Below the pieces are notes generated by a model that made no database searches, was not told where the DNA came from, and saw only the letters and a program-made list of their open reading frames with translations. From an uncultured archaeon (GTDB lineage: Archaea > Thermoplasmatota > Thermoplasmata > Thermoplasmatales > Thermoplasmataceae), in the NCBI GenBank assembly GCA_000965745.1, contig CP009479.1:1088001-1152000 (forward strand): a DNA stretch of 64,000 nt, written 5' to 3'. The first letter of the stretch is position 1; every line of letters starts with the position of its first letter. Positions 30,756 to 40,442 of the stretch are shown here, piece after piece. The position numbers and the translations under genes were made by a program.

Positions 30756-33700
30756 TTAACTTGAAAGCAGACACCAGCAGACACGCTTAAGAGACAACTC
30801 CTTCCGAGATTCAGGCTCAGGTTTTTCAGACTGCGATAGGATAAGCTTTCTTGCCTTCTCTATGAAATTAGCATCATTTATTGCTTCGTATAATGATTTT
30901 ACTAGTGTTTCTTTGGATGCAACGGTTCTGAACATTAGGGCCAGTTCCTCATCACCTTCACTTATCTTTGTGTAGATTTCTTTCCCTTTCTTGGAAAGGT
31001 TTGGAACAGTTGATGTGGAAGACCTTTTGATTCTATCACTCTCCAAAGAATGATTAGTGTCCTCCTTCAATTTCTTTAGCCTATCAACCAGGTCCTTGTA
31101 TTCAATCTTCTTTCCCGATGAGTCTTTCTCTTTGTCTTTTAACAATATTCCAACGATCTGCCCAGGGTCAGTTATGATGTTTTTTTCGCCCTCGAATCTT
31201 AGTCTCCAATAGTAATTGGCACCATCAGTAAAAAGGCAAAAGAGACCGTCTTTACTGTATTGTTTGAAAGCACCAATTCCTCGAGGAATGGATTTGATTC
31301 TTTCCTCCCCTAGGTCGTCAATTATCTCCATAAGTTGGTCTTTAGGATCATTTGTGAATTGTTCTATTTCCTTTTCCAGTTCGTTTAGCACAGAACTTTT
31401 TCCTTCAGCAATTAGTTTTTGCAAGGTACCAAAATCTTTAGGCTCAGCATCCTCCCCTAGAATGGGTGCATCAATTCCAACAGTATTCTTTATTCCTGAG
31501 ATTTTCCCGTACAGCTTTCTCATTAGATTTATGAAATGCTGCAAAGAATTCGGATCTTCGGCATCATCATTCTCTTGCATGATGTTTATTAGATACACGA
31601 ATTTGTGAACTGACCCCATTCTGTCTATTCTTCCAACCCTCTGTATTAGGACCACTGGATTCCATGGAAAATCATAATTAGCCACATATTGCGCATTTTG
31701 TAGATTTTGTCCCTCACTTAGTACATCTGTACTTATCAGGAGGCCACCATGTTCCTGAAATTGCTCGACGATCTTTGTGGTATCGGAGATTCTCCCCCTG
31801 TGATCCCTGCATATAGTTCCAGACGTAAGATATGTAAGTGGATAAAGATCCTTCAATGAGTTATAGAGTAATTTTGCAGTTGCAGTGTACTGGGTGAATA
31901 TCACAACACCGTTGGGCTCCTTTATTCCTGGAATCAATTCCTTCATTCTTTCCTGAAATTTAATCAGCTTCGCGTCTGTCGGGGGTATTAATTTCAGGAT
32001 TACCTCTATTTGATCTAAATCCTCTTTACAGGCACTCAGGAAGTATTCCTTTTCCTTTTCTGTTAGCAGGCATCTTTCCTGAAGGTCCCTGTATTTCTCA
32101 CTTTCGAATATATTGGGGGGCATATCCTCATCAAAATCGAATAGTGGATCGTCAGCCGCACTTCTAGGCAGGAAATACCCTTCTGAATTAGCAAACTCCA
32201 TCGCTTTCTCCATGTACGATGAAATGGATTTCAGTGTTTCTCTGAAAGCGTCCTGGGAACTCTCAAGTCTCTTGAATAAGTTAAGCCTCACTATGGTTTT
32301 TACAAGTTCCTTGAGCTTCTCCTTTTTTTCTCTTTCCTTGAACTGTGAAATTGATTGCCCAGTGGGAAGTTTTAGCTCTGTAAGCTTTTCCACAGAAAAC
32401 TCGTAGGGAGCAAAGTGTAATTTCTCGAGTTTGTAATCGAGGTCTTCATATTCTATATTGGAAGTGTATCTGTTGTTTTTGTTCGTGTCGATTACCCTTT
32501 CGGGAAATCCTTTCATGTCCTTTTCAAGCATCTGGGCAAATTTTCTTGAATGTCTTACTACGAACCGTTCGAGGACCTGGGACATCTCAAACGATTTCCC
32601 CTCAAGAAGCAATTTCTGGCTGCTTCCAAAATACCCCTTAAGGGTCATACCTTCTATATCCATTATTGATTCCTCCGACGCGAAAAGAGCGATGAGATTG
32701 TATAGATCCATTAGGCTGTTGTTGACTGGAGTGGCAGTTGCAAGGACCACTTCTGCGGAGTTGTGAAGTATCAAGTCCCTTAGAGCCTTATACCTGTTGG
32801 AGGATGAAGATTTGAAGTAATGAGCTTCGTCCACCATAATGAAGTTGTTTCCCTTGCCACTATATTTCTCCACAAAGTCATCTGGGTTTGCAGAAATATA
32901 CTCTGAATTGATGCCTTCTATTTTTGTGTCGAGAACTTCCATCTCCTTTTCCCAAGTGGTTTCGAGGACACTTTTCGGGGCAATAAGCAATACTTTCTTT
33001 CCCTCCCTCCTTGCTTCATGAGCTAGAGCTATCATGGTTCTTGTTTTTCCCAATCCTGTGGAGTCCGCTATAACTACGCCCTTGTATTCTGAAAGTATCT
33101 TTCTGGCTTCAAGGACAGAAACCACTTGAAATCTCTTTAACCCCATCATCTTGATTTTCTCCGCCTCTTGAAGGTCTTTGTTGTAGTATTCGTACAACGC
33201 CTTTGAGGCTACTTCATACGGAGTATGGGTGATTGTATAATTCTTCAGGAAGCTAATAAAATTGCTCTTGTAATCTTCTGCCGATTGCCATTTATCGTCA
33301 AACCAGGTTGTTATCTCCCTAAGCAACTCTCTATCTGTATTCTCAACGTTTAACTCACTGTTTGTCTTCAAACCCGCATAGGTGAAGTTGCTGGACCCAA
33401 CGATGCCAATTCCAGTCTTCGGGTTATCAAGACTTGGAGAAACTCCAACGTACGCCTTTCCGTGAAAGAATGGGCCATTCTTCTTTCTAACTTCTCGTTT
33501 ATCGTTTGAAAAGTAGTTTACGGCATCCATCATAAGTGAGTAATACTCTGGATCATCCTCCTGCTCCTCAAGCTCCCTGACAATCTCTTCCTCAAATGTT
33601 ACACTTTCATCCTGAGGTCTGCCTAACAGAAATTTTAGTGGTTTATCCTCGATAGAATCTTTGAGGAGACCAAACCCTCTAATATTGAAGTAAGCAGATG

Positions 33701-33785
33701 CAAATGCTAGTTCATTGACGCTTTTTAGTTCTTGATTGAGAGAATCCGCAAGCTTCTCCTTCCCGTTGTCAATTATCCTGCTCAT
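30756..33785 (-). CDS. PLD-nuclease + SNF2/SF2 helicase fusion
   Basis: ASAYF, FHGKAY...GSSNFT (PLD); ADSTGLGKT, VDEAHYF, ATATP, STDVLSEGQNLQ, QRVGRIDR (helicase). Confidence 0.93.
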   Translation of the reverse strand: MSRIIDNGKEKLADSLNQELKSVNELAFASAYFNIRGFGLLKDSIEDKPLKFLLGRPQDESVTFEEEIVRELEEQEDDPEYYSLMMDAVNYFSNDKREVRKKNGPFFHGKAYVGVSPSLDNPKTGIGIVGSSNFTYAGLKTNSELNVENTDRELLREITTWFDDKWQSAEDYKSNFISFLKNYTITHTPYEVASKALYEYYNKDLQEAEKIKMMGLKRFQVVSVLEARKILSEYKGVVIADSTGLGKTRTMIALAHEARREGKKVLLIAPKSVLETTWEKEMEVLDTKIEGINSEYISANPDDFVEKYSGKGNNFIMVDEAHYFKSSSSNRYKALRDLILHNSAEVVLATATPVNNSLMDLYNLIALFASEESIMDIEGMTLKGYFGSSQKLLLEGKSFEMSQVLERFVVRHSRKFAQMLEKDMKGFPERVIDTNKNNRYTSNIEYEDLDYKLEKLHFAPYEFSVEKLTELKLPTGQSISQFKEREKKEKLKELVKTIVRLNLFKRLESSQDAFRETLKSISSYMEKAMEFANSEGYFLPRSAADDPLFDFDEDMPPNIFESEKYRDLQERCLLTEKEKEYFLSACKEDLDQIEVILKLIPPTDAKLIKFQERMKELIPGIKEPNGVVIFTQYTATAKLLYNSLKDLYPLTYLTSGTICRDHRGRISDTTKIVEQFQEHGGLLISTDVLSEGQNLQNAQYVANYDFPWNPVVLIQRVGRIDRMGSVHKFVYLINIMQENDDAEDPNSLQHFINLMRKLYGKISGIKNTVGIDAPILGEDAEPKDFGTLQKLIAEGKSSVLNELEKEIEQFTNDPKDQLMEIIDDLGEERIKSIPRGIGAFKQYSKDGLFCLFTDGANYYWRLRFEGEKNIITDPGQIVGILLKDKEKDSSGKKIEYKDLVDRLKKLKEDTNHSLESDRIKRSSTSTVPNLSKKGKEIYTKISEGDEELALMFRTVASKETLVKSLYEAINDANFIEKARKLILSQSEKPEPESRKELSLKRVCWCLLSS

Positions 33786-36700
33786 CTGAATTCTCCCTCG
33801 ACTTAAGTGGGCGTGCCGCCTTCAGCAATCTGTCCTCCACTAACTCAATAAATTCTGTGTAAAGTTGTTCCAATGAGAGATCGTCAATGCCAATCGCATT
33901 TAACGTATCGGCATCAAGCGCTTGTCTGTCCTTCATCTTTATTTCATCAAAGTAAATTCGTACATCTCGATTCATTGTAATACCATGTTCCTTAACAGAA
34001 TAGAGATTCAGATCTGGGACGGGCATCTGTTCATAATCTCCCACCATTATATCTGATGCTCCCCCTCCCAATCGTCTGCAAAACAGCTCAACTGTCATTA
34101 AGAATAGAGTTGAATTCAGGTATTTCCAGATCCTTTCTGGATCCTTAACGTCCAACGCATACAGCCGATGGTCACAAATAACTGGTTCGTGGGAGATGGG
34201 AATGTACAGTTTATCCATCATTGACATGGGTAAAAGTATTCTTACAGGCTTCAAATCCGCAAGTTTAAACCAGGGCTTCCTGTTTTTGGTGGTTTCAAGA
34301 CTGTTGTACCCTTTTACTTTTCTGCCTTTTCCTCTCACTTCAATTTCCTGCTGTTCACCCCACCTTATGTATTGTTCAGTCAGGCTTCCGGGTTCGTGCG
34401 TGTAAAGACAGAGCGTGATAGGTTCTTTGATTACATAACTGCCAAGTTGTTTTGGACTTCGAATTAAAGGCTTGACATCTTTCTTGTCTAAAACAAACCT
34501 CTCACCACCCTCATTCTCAATATAGGTGAGGTCTTGCTCCCTCAGCTCATTCTCATTTTTTGCTTTAACGCCCGACTCATCGAATTTTCTTGGATTGGAA
34601 TGATAGTCGGCTTCGTACTGTGATGAGACATCTTTCATGTAGAAGAATTCGTTTGCTCCCGTTGTGAATCCACGCTTTATTTCGGTAAAGTCACCCAGCT
34701 TGTGCGTAAGTTTAGGGTAGACCTCCTCCATGAACATTTTCGGAGCGCGAAGATAGAACCATTTCCCCGGTCTAAGATTGTATCTGACAAATGTTACATT
34801 GTTCCGAGCCTGTCGAGATAGGTAAGATTCCAGATAGACAAAATCTGTGTTCTTTGAAGAATCCGTCTCGGAACTGTAAACGAAGATTATGCTGTTTATA
34901 TCTGCTCCAAATGTTCTATTTCGCTGCCCATATATGCCTATGAGTCTCGATGACAACCTCTCTTGAATGTCAGCTCCATAACCGGTTTCAAGCCACTTAT
35001 CAGAACTTATTACGGACACCACTCCATCGTCACGCAGCAGTTGAAGAGCCCTAACTATGAAATACCCGTACAAATCCGATTTTTTATTGAGCTTGTGTGC
35101 GGAGTTATAATATTTTTTCTTATCCTCTGGTATGTTTTCCTGTCTAACATAAGGTGGGTTCATGACTATTATGTCTGCTTTGTCAGGCAGCCAGGACTCT
35201 ATCATGCCTCCTTTGATTCCTGTCTTAATTTCCAGTTCCATCTGAATTTCGGCCAATTCTCTCCTTAACTTTGCTCTTTCAGTGGAACTCGTGGCATTGG
35301 TAAACCTCTCTCTAATAAATTTCATTCTTTCGAAAATGTCTAAAGATTCGTCGCCTAACTTTGCTTGAACGCCTTGTGGTTTAACCAATGAGTCTCCTAT
35401 TGTCACTAAGTTCATATCTAAGCTTCTAAGAACTTCAGGGTCCTTCTTATCTACAATCATGGATAGCCACAGACGGAGTCTGGCAATCTCTATTGCTTCA
35501 CCCTCAATGTCAAAACCAAAGAGGTTCTGAAGTATCTGATCCTTGTATTGGTTAACGGAGGATTTCCAACCAACGGACTCGTCCAATCTTGTGAGAATTC
35601 CAATTATCTCCTGCATCATACCCAGAAGAAAGCCTCCAGAACCTACTGCTGGGTCCAGTACTCTGATACTTAGTAGTTTTCTTCTTAGTTCCAGAACATC
35701 TTTCTCACTCCTTTTTTCACTCAAGGTATTAAGGAGAATATCGATCCCATCTTTCAGAACTTTTTTGCCATCCAGCTGTTCAACTGGTTCAGACATTCCC
35801 AGAAAGTTTGACAGCGCCCTTCTGCAAATAAAAGATATTTCTTCAGGGGGAGTGTAGAAGGTTCCTTTCGACCCCCTCTCATTCTCAGGCAGCATATTCT
35901 CGAATATCGTTCCTATCATTGCAGGGTCTACGCTTACTTCAACGTCATTTGGCGACAACTCATCTACTGTAAAGTTGTATTTGTTCAGGAATTCCCTTGC
36001 CTTGTAAAAAATGTCATTCATGGGTTCGCGCAATTCCTGCTCAATGCTTTTGGGGAAGTAGTCCTCCCTCTCAAACAGCGTTCCGTCTAGATATGGAAAA
36101 CCTACATTGCCTTCTTTGCTTAGTGCCTCGTAAAATATCCAATTCAGTTCATCATAGTTTTTGACGGTGTCTACGAACTTACTATCTCCTTTCAGCCAAC
36201 CCTTTTTCTGAAGGAAATAAAGGAACATTAACCTGCCCAGGAACCTCTGAGAATACGCGTTCGTATTAGATCCAAGAACATCCTTGGTTACGCTATAAAT
36301 TTCTTGATATATATCCCTGTATTCTTGGAAAAACGCCTCTCTTAACTTTTCATAGGGTAGAAATTCATTGTCGTATGCTTCTCTCAGGGCTTTCTTATCG
36401 GATATATACTTAAGTGAACTAAGAGCCTCGGAATCGGTCCTGTATATATTACCAGAGAGACTCAGAATTCTAGCTTTCGTGGAATCCTCCTCAACTGCTC
36501 CAGGAATAACTATTGAATAGCTATCTTGTCCATCTTCGAAAATAATCAACTGCCTTCCCTGCTGATGGGTTTTCCAGTATCGTGAAATTCTTGAGGCAGC
36601 TGCCCTGGTTGGCAATTCATCAAATTCAAGAAGTATTAAATCAAAAGTAAGAGGGTCTGAATAGAAAAGAATGCCTCTTTTGAGATTGACACCTGGAGGA

Positions 36701-36813
36701 ATGGCTTTTCTCTCTCTTAGAAAATTCACAGGAATGTCTGTTTCCCCGGTAGGGTAGCCTAATTTTATCAGGCGTTCATGCCAGAATGCTCGTCCGAATT
36801 CTTCATTTGCCAC
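33769..36813 (-). CDS. Eco57I/type IIG-like N6-adenine DNA methyltransferase with C-terminal target-recognition region
   Basis: RLMFLYFLQKKGW, GTFYTP, LDPAVGSGGFL, GFDIE, MNPPYVRQE (gamma class); GTG start. Confidence 0.93.
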   Translation of the reverse strand: MANEEFGRAFWHERLIKLGYPTGETDIPVNFLRERKAIPPGVNLKRGILFYSDPLTFDLILLEFDELPTRAAASRISRYWKTHQQGRQLIIFEDGQDSYSIVIPGAVEEDSTKARILSLSGNIYRTDSEALSSLKYISDKKALREAYDNEFLPYEKLREAFFQEYRDIYQEIYSVTKDVLGSNTNAYSQRFLGRLMFLYFLQKKGWLKGDSKFVDTVKNYDELNWIFYEALSKEGNVGFPYLDGTLFEREDYFPKSIEQELREPMNDIFYKAREFLNKYNFTVDELSPNDVEVSVDPAMIGTIFENMLPENERGSKGTFYTPPEEISFICRRALSNFLGMSEPVEQLDGKKVLKDGIDILLNTLSEKRSEKDVLELRRKLLSIRVLDPAVGSGGFLLGMMQEIIGILTRLDESVGWKSSVNQYKDQILQNLFGFDIEGEAIEIARLRLWLSMIVDKKDPEVLRSLDMNLVTIGDSLVKPQGVQAKLGDESLDIFERMKFIRERFTNATSSTERAKLRRELAEIQMELEIKTGIKGGMIESWLPDKADIIVMNPPYVRQENIPEDKKKYYNSAHKLNKKSDLYGYFIVRALQLLRDDGVVSVISSDKWLETGYGADIQERLSSRLIGIYGQRNRTFGADINSIIFVYSSETDSSKNTDFVYLESYLSRQARNNVTFVRYNLRPGKWFYLRAPKMFMEEVYPKLTHKLGDFTEIKRGFTTGANEFFYMKDVSSQYEADYHSNPRKFDESGVKAKNENELREQDLTYIENEGGERFVLDKKDVKPLIRSPKQLGSYVIKEPITLCLYTHEPGSLTEQYIRWGEQQEIEVRGKGRKVKGYNSLETTKNRKPWFKLADLKPVRILLPMSMMDKLYIPISHEPVICDHRLYALDVKDPERIWKYLNSTLFLMTVELFCRRLGGGASDIMVGDYEQMPVPDLNLYSVKEHGITMNRDVRIYFDEIKMKDRQALDADTLNAIGIDDLSLEQLYTEFIELVEDRLLKAARPLKSRENSDEQDN

Positions 36814-36985
36814 TTAAATCACCGTCAATTCTCTTTGGTATGGTGAATGATTTACCCTCTCCCACATATATATTAAAATTTTCTCCACATTCCGAACACT
36901 TGACTCTTTTTACGAGATAGGTTCCAAATTGCCATGACTTGAATGGTTCATTAGAATTCTCTAGCCCGCAAGTTGGACATTTCAT
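36803..36985 (-). CDS. Small Zn-ribbon protein
   Basis: MKCPTCG...KSWQFG...VKCSECG; overlaps the MTase start by 11 nt; TATA-like TTTATTATA about 25 bp upstream. Confidence 0.8.
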   Translation of the reverse strand: MKCPTCGLENSNEPFKSWQFGTYLVKRVKCSECGENFNIYVGEGKSFTIPKRIDGDLSGK

Positions 36986-37044
36986 AAGTTGATCAAGAAG
37001 TGTGTATATAATAAATTTTCAATCAAACAGTTGCAGATTAGTAA

Positions 37045-37209
37045 TCACTCCAATTTTTCAATAACCACCTTCCCGTCCTCCAGGTAAAAGCCAATTATCT
37101 CTTCAGCACTGAGGGCCAGTACATTCGTAACCTTACGTGGAACTGTAATCCTCAACGAAGATCCTCTCTTTGAAACATGTGACACATCTATCAATTCTTT
37201 GTGCATCAT
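37045..37209 (-). CDS. AbrB/MazE/SpoVT-type DNA-binding protein (54 aa, not in ORF track)
   Basis: Hand translation MMHKELIDVSHVSKRGSSLRITVPRKVTNVLALSAEEIIGFYLEDGKVVIEKLE. Confidence 0.85.
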   Translation of the reverse strand: MMHKELIDVSHVSKRGSSLRITVPRKVTNVLALSAEEIIGFYLEDGKVVIEKLE

Positions 37210-37278
37210 TTGCTGCATGATTGTTTGCGAACGAATGGAATTGGAACTTCAACTATACAGGATGCCGGTCAGCAAAGT

Positions 37279-38319
37279 TCACTCAAGTTCCAAGTCCGAA
37301 CGGCTGAAACCAAACTTCTCCAACAGCTCGTATGATTTCATGACAATATTGCTCGCACTAAGATTAAGCATAAGCCATAGTCCCCCATTGATCGGTTTTC
37401 CTCCAGGGAGAGGTTTCCCATTCTTATTGCGATTCTCTTTGTTGATAAGATATCTCTTGTATCCTGCTTCTATCGGAACATTATTTCTAGAGAGCTTTCC
37501 CTTCTCTACAAGCCAGTTTGCCACATTTATGAGAATCTGGTTTTGGGCACTAATTTTATACTCCCTGCCATTGAGGCGCATTTTGGTATAGTATCTGTTG
37601 CTGTAACTTGTCTCAATATCGTTGTGATCCATCACAGGAGGTTCTACAGACCCAGGAGACAATAATGACTCCGCTTTTTCCCTGAGAAAATCGCGTACTT
37701 CCTCAAGTTCATATTTAAACTGTGCAGATCTTGAGCTCAACTGTTCGATGAAATAACTTGAGAAAACATTAGAAAATGCCTCTGGGTCTTCTATGAGTTC
37801 GTCCCACAGTGAATTTAGGTTATCGTTCTTAGCTACTAGTTCCTCAATCTTCATCACGTTGTTCGGGGACAGACTGCTTAGATTTCTGAGCACTCTTTCA
37901 ACAGAGTCATTCTCAATATTGACTCGCCATATGACTCTGTCAATATATGGCTTGAACTCTTCATAGGACTTGAACAGAACAAAGTCGGAACCATTTGTTA
38001 TGAGACCGTATCTAGATCCTACGTCGGATGAATACCTGGCAAGCTGCTTTATCTTCTGCATAGTATCCTCCCGCAGTTTCTTTGCCTCGAGTAGAATGAT
38101 TTTTTTATCTTCTTGAAGGAGGGAATAGTCAGGAAATCCCCCTTCTCCAGTATTTTCTTCTGGTACAACTTCGTCCGGATTCTCGATATCCCATCCAAGC
38201 TCTCTTAGTATTGGGTCTATAATCTGTTGTCTTACAGCTGCCTCGTTCCTGTCATACAGGTCTCTGTGGTCTTCTATTCTCTTCTTAATTTTCTCGACAA
38301 ACATCTTATCAAATGACAT
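37279..38319 (-). CDS. HsdR_N-type PD-(D/E)xK nuclease with SeqA-like C-terminal domain
   Basis: NEAAVRQQIIDPILRELGWD, VVPE, PDY...LLEAKK, GLITNG; no helicase part. Confidence 0.85.
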   Translation of the reverse strand: MSFDKMFVEKIKKRIEDHRDLYDRNEAAVRQQIIDPILRELGWDIENPDEVVPEENTGEGGFPDYSLLQEDKKIILLEAKKLREDTMQKIKQLARYSSDVGSRYGLITNGSDFVLFKSYEEFKPYIDRVIWRVNIENDSVERVLRNLSSLSPNNVMKIEELVAKNDNLNSLWDELIEDPEAFSNVFSSYFIEQLSSRSAQFKYELEEVRDFLREKAESLLSPGSVEPPVMDHNDIETSYSNRYYTKMRLNGREYKISAQNQILINVANWLVEKGKLSRNNVPIEAGYKRYLINKENRNKNGKPLPGGKPINGGLWLMLNLSASNIVMKSYELLEKFGFSRSDLELE

Positions 38320-38423
38320 AACTTATCCTCCCATATCGATTGCATGAACGAGTCTGAGGTGATTTGGGCAAAGTCTCTGTATACTTGTAATTAAGGAACT
38401 GTAATAAACTAATAAATTATTGC

Positions 38424-39424
38424 TAGTGCGTTGCACAATTCAATAGGCATGTGTCATCTCTCTCATGATGTTGTAGTACTGCACCTTCAGGGCGATCTCC
38501 TGAACTATGTAATCAGACCTGACAGCCTTGATCACCTCACCCATTGTTCTCTTGAGACCTGAGAAATATATCTCTACATTCCACCGTTTCCCATACTGTA
38601 CCGATTCCTTCCACCTCTTCTCAGATGTCCTTCTGATCTGTCTGACAACCTTAGCCCTTGCCGGTGATCCCCTGGATTGTGTGGAGGCGTTCTTCCTTGG
38701 CGGTATTATTGTGCCATGCCCAAAGTCATTGAATATCTTCTTTGAATCATATCCCTTGTCTCCGTATATCCTCAGTATTCTGTCCCTGACAGATTCCAGT
38801 ATCTTTCTGCCCTCCTTCGCATCATGGACATGCTCATCGGTGATGGAGAAGGAGAGCACCGAGACATCATGTATTGAGATGACCGCATGGAGCTTGTTCC
38901 ATCCTCTTCTGCGGCGATTCCATTTAGTACCCAGATAATCGCCCCTGATAGTGATCTTGAAACCGGTGGAATCAATGGCACAGTCCACCGGTTTCCCATC
39001 AGTATGGGGAAGAGTTGGCACGATCTTCCTGATCCTCCTGAATATGTTGGTATAGCACACTGTCCTGATTCCCGAGATCCTGGAGAATACCCTGGCAATT
39101 CCTTCAAGAGACCTGAAGGGAACGCTGTACAGTGCTCTCAGCTTCGCAAGGAATGTTATGAACGCATTTGGTGTTTTGAAGGGATGTCCTCTCTTTCCTC
39201 TGTTGTTATCCTGCAGCAGGTTCTTCCAGTTCATGAGGAATGAAGGGTCCATGAGGTCTTCAACCCTGTTCACCAAGGATCGGTTGTACCTGTCATGCCT
39301 TCGGTTAGAACCAACCCAATATCTTCTTGTGCTTCTATTGCCTATTGCAGTGATTTGTTGTGGTGTCATAACAACAAATCGTTCCCCTGTATTTCATTAT
39401 ACAGGGGAATTATGCAACACACTA
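38424..39424 (-). mobile_element. IS5-family (IS903-group-like) insertion sequence
   Basis: 17-bp IR TAGTG(C/T)GTTGCA(C/T)AATT; 9-bp target duplication AATTATTGC (38415-38423, 39425-39433). Confidence 0.92.
38440..39369 (-). CDS. IS5-family transposase
   Basis: AIDSTG, WNKLH, YGDKGYD, IPPRKN, YGKRWNVEIYFSGLK. Confidence 0.93.
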   Translation of the reverse strand: MTPQQITAIGNRSTRRYWVGSNRRHDRYNRSLVNRVEDLMDPSFLMNWKNLLQDNNRGKRGHPFKTPNAFITFLAKLRALYSVPFRSLEGIARVFSRISGIRTVCYTNIFRRIRKIVPTLPHTDGKPVDCAIDSTGFKITIRGDYLGTKWNRRRRGWNKLHAVISIHDVSVLSFSITDEHVHDAKEGRKILESVRDRILRIYGDKGYDSKKIFNDFGHGTIIPPRKNASTQSRGSPARAKVVRQIRRTSEKRWKESVQYGKRWNVEIYFSGLKRTMGEVIKAVRSDYIVQEIALKVQYYNIMREMTHAY

Positions 39425-39664
39425 AATTATTGCGTTACTCTTATAATTCTGTGCATGTAAACGGCAACTGAATTGTACCCAGTTATGGCAAACGAAAAGT
39501 ATCCAGTCTTGGGAGCAGAACCAATGTAACTGGTTCCTGGATAGGACAGGTAAAGTCTAAAGTTGACGTCGTCGAACTTATTGCACTCTAAGCTCCTATT
39601 GGTACGCTGGATTTTTACATGATACGATTGCTATAAGCCAACTTCGGCAGTATGCAATGTACAG

Positions 39665-40441
39665 TCAATTTTTATGAGTCTTTTTCTTGGGCCTTTTCTT
39701 CTTCTGAACTCGGCGTACCATGTATATAGCTGATTTTGACCCATCCTCTCTGATGTCTTCCAACGAAAATATATCGGGCAGGTTTCTAACGAGGTCAGTT
39801 AATTTTTTAAACCCAAACGATCGTTGATCGAACCCAGGGTTTATCTTGCGCACAGATTCACCTATACAGGTCAGATAAGCCTTTTCCTCATCCTTTTCAC
39901 ACATTTCGTAAGCTCTAAGCAACTGGTCAATTATTTCCCTGTTCTTTTCCTTGCTCCTTGGAGACTCTTCTAGAATCACTTTCACATCTTTTTCTGCCTT
40001 GGTTAAATTATCAGTGTAAACAAACACATTACATGCATTCACCAAGGAAGAAGAGGTTATATTTCTGCCAATTCCAAGGACAAATTTTCCACTTTCCTTC
40101 AGCCTTAAAACTAGTCTTGTGAAATCACTGTCACTCGACACAAGGCAAAAGGCGTCTATTTCGTTATTATACAGTATGTCCATCGCATCTATCACCATAG
40201 CAAAGTCCGAGGAATTTTTGCCGGAAAGATTGTGTATCTGAAGAACTGGAGAGAATGCTTTCTCAAGAATAACCCTGTTCCAAGGGCTCATGCTCTGAAT
40301 CGTGAAGTCACCATATATTCTTCTGATTACCACCTCTCCATATTTTCCTATCTCATCCACAACAGAGTCTATGAGTTTATGTTCTGCGTTTTCAGCATCA
40401 ATAAGCAGGGCAAATTTTAGCGATCTGTCAGATTCTTCCAT
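39665..40441 (-). CDS. NYN-domain (LabA/DUF88, PIN-like) protein with OST-HTH/LOTUS domain
   Basis: LIDAEN, GKNSSD, IDAMD, VSSDSDF, FDQRSFGFKKLTDL; start taken at ATG 40441, right after the AbrB stop. Confidence 0.92.
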   Translation of the reverse strand: MEESDRSLKFALLIDAENAEHKLIDSVVDEIGKYGEVVIRRIYGDFTIQSMSPWNRVILEKAFSPVLQIHNLSGKNSSDFAMVIDAMDILYNNEIDAFCLVSSDSDFTRLVLRLKESGKFVLGIGRNITSSSLVNACNVFVYTDNLTKAEKDVKVILEESPRSKEKNREIIDQLLRAYEMCEKDEEKAYLTCIGESVRKINPGFDQRSFGFKKLTDLVRNLPDIFSLEDIREDGSKSAIYMVRRVQKKKRPKKKTHKN

Positions 40442-40442
40442 G

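Noticed and set aside
30756-36813. BREX or DISARM call
   Set aside because: No PglZ, BrxC ATPase or DUF1998/DrmB is recognisable.
37279-38319. Type I R-M system
   Set aside because: Only the HsdR N-terminal nuclease is present, with no motor domain, HsdM or HsdS.
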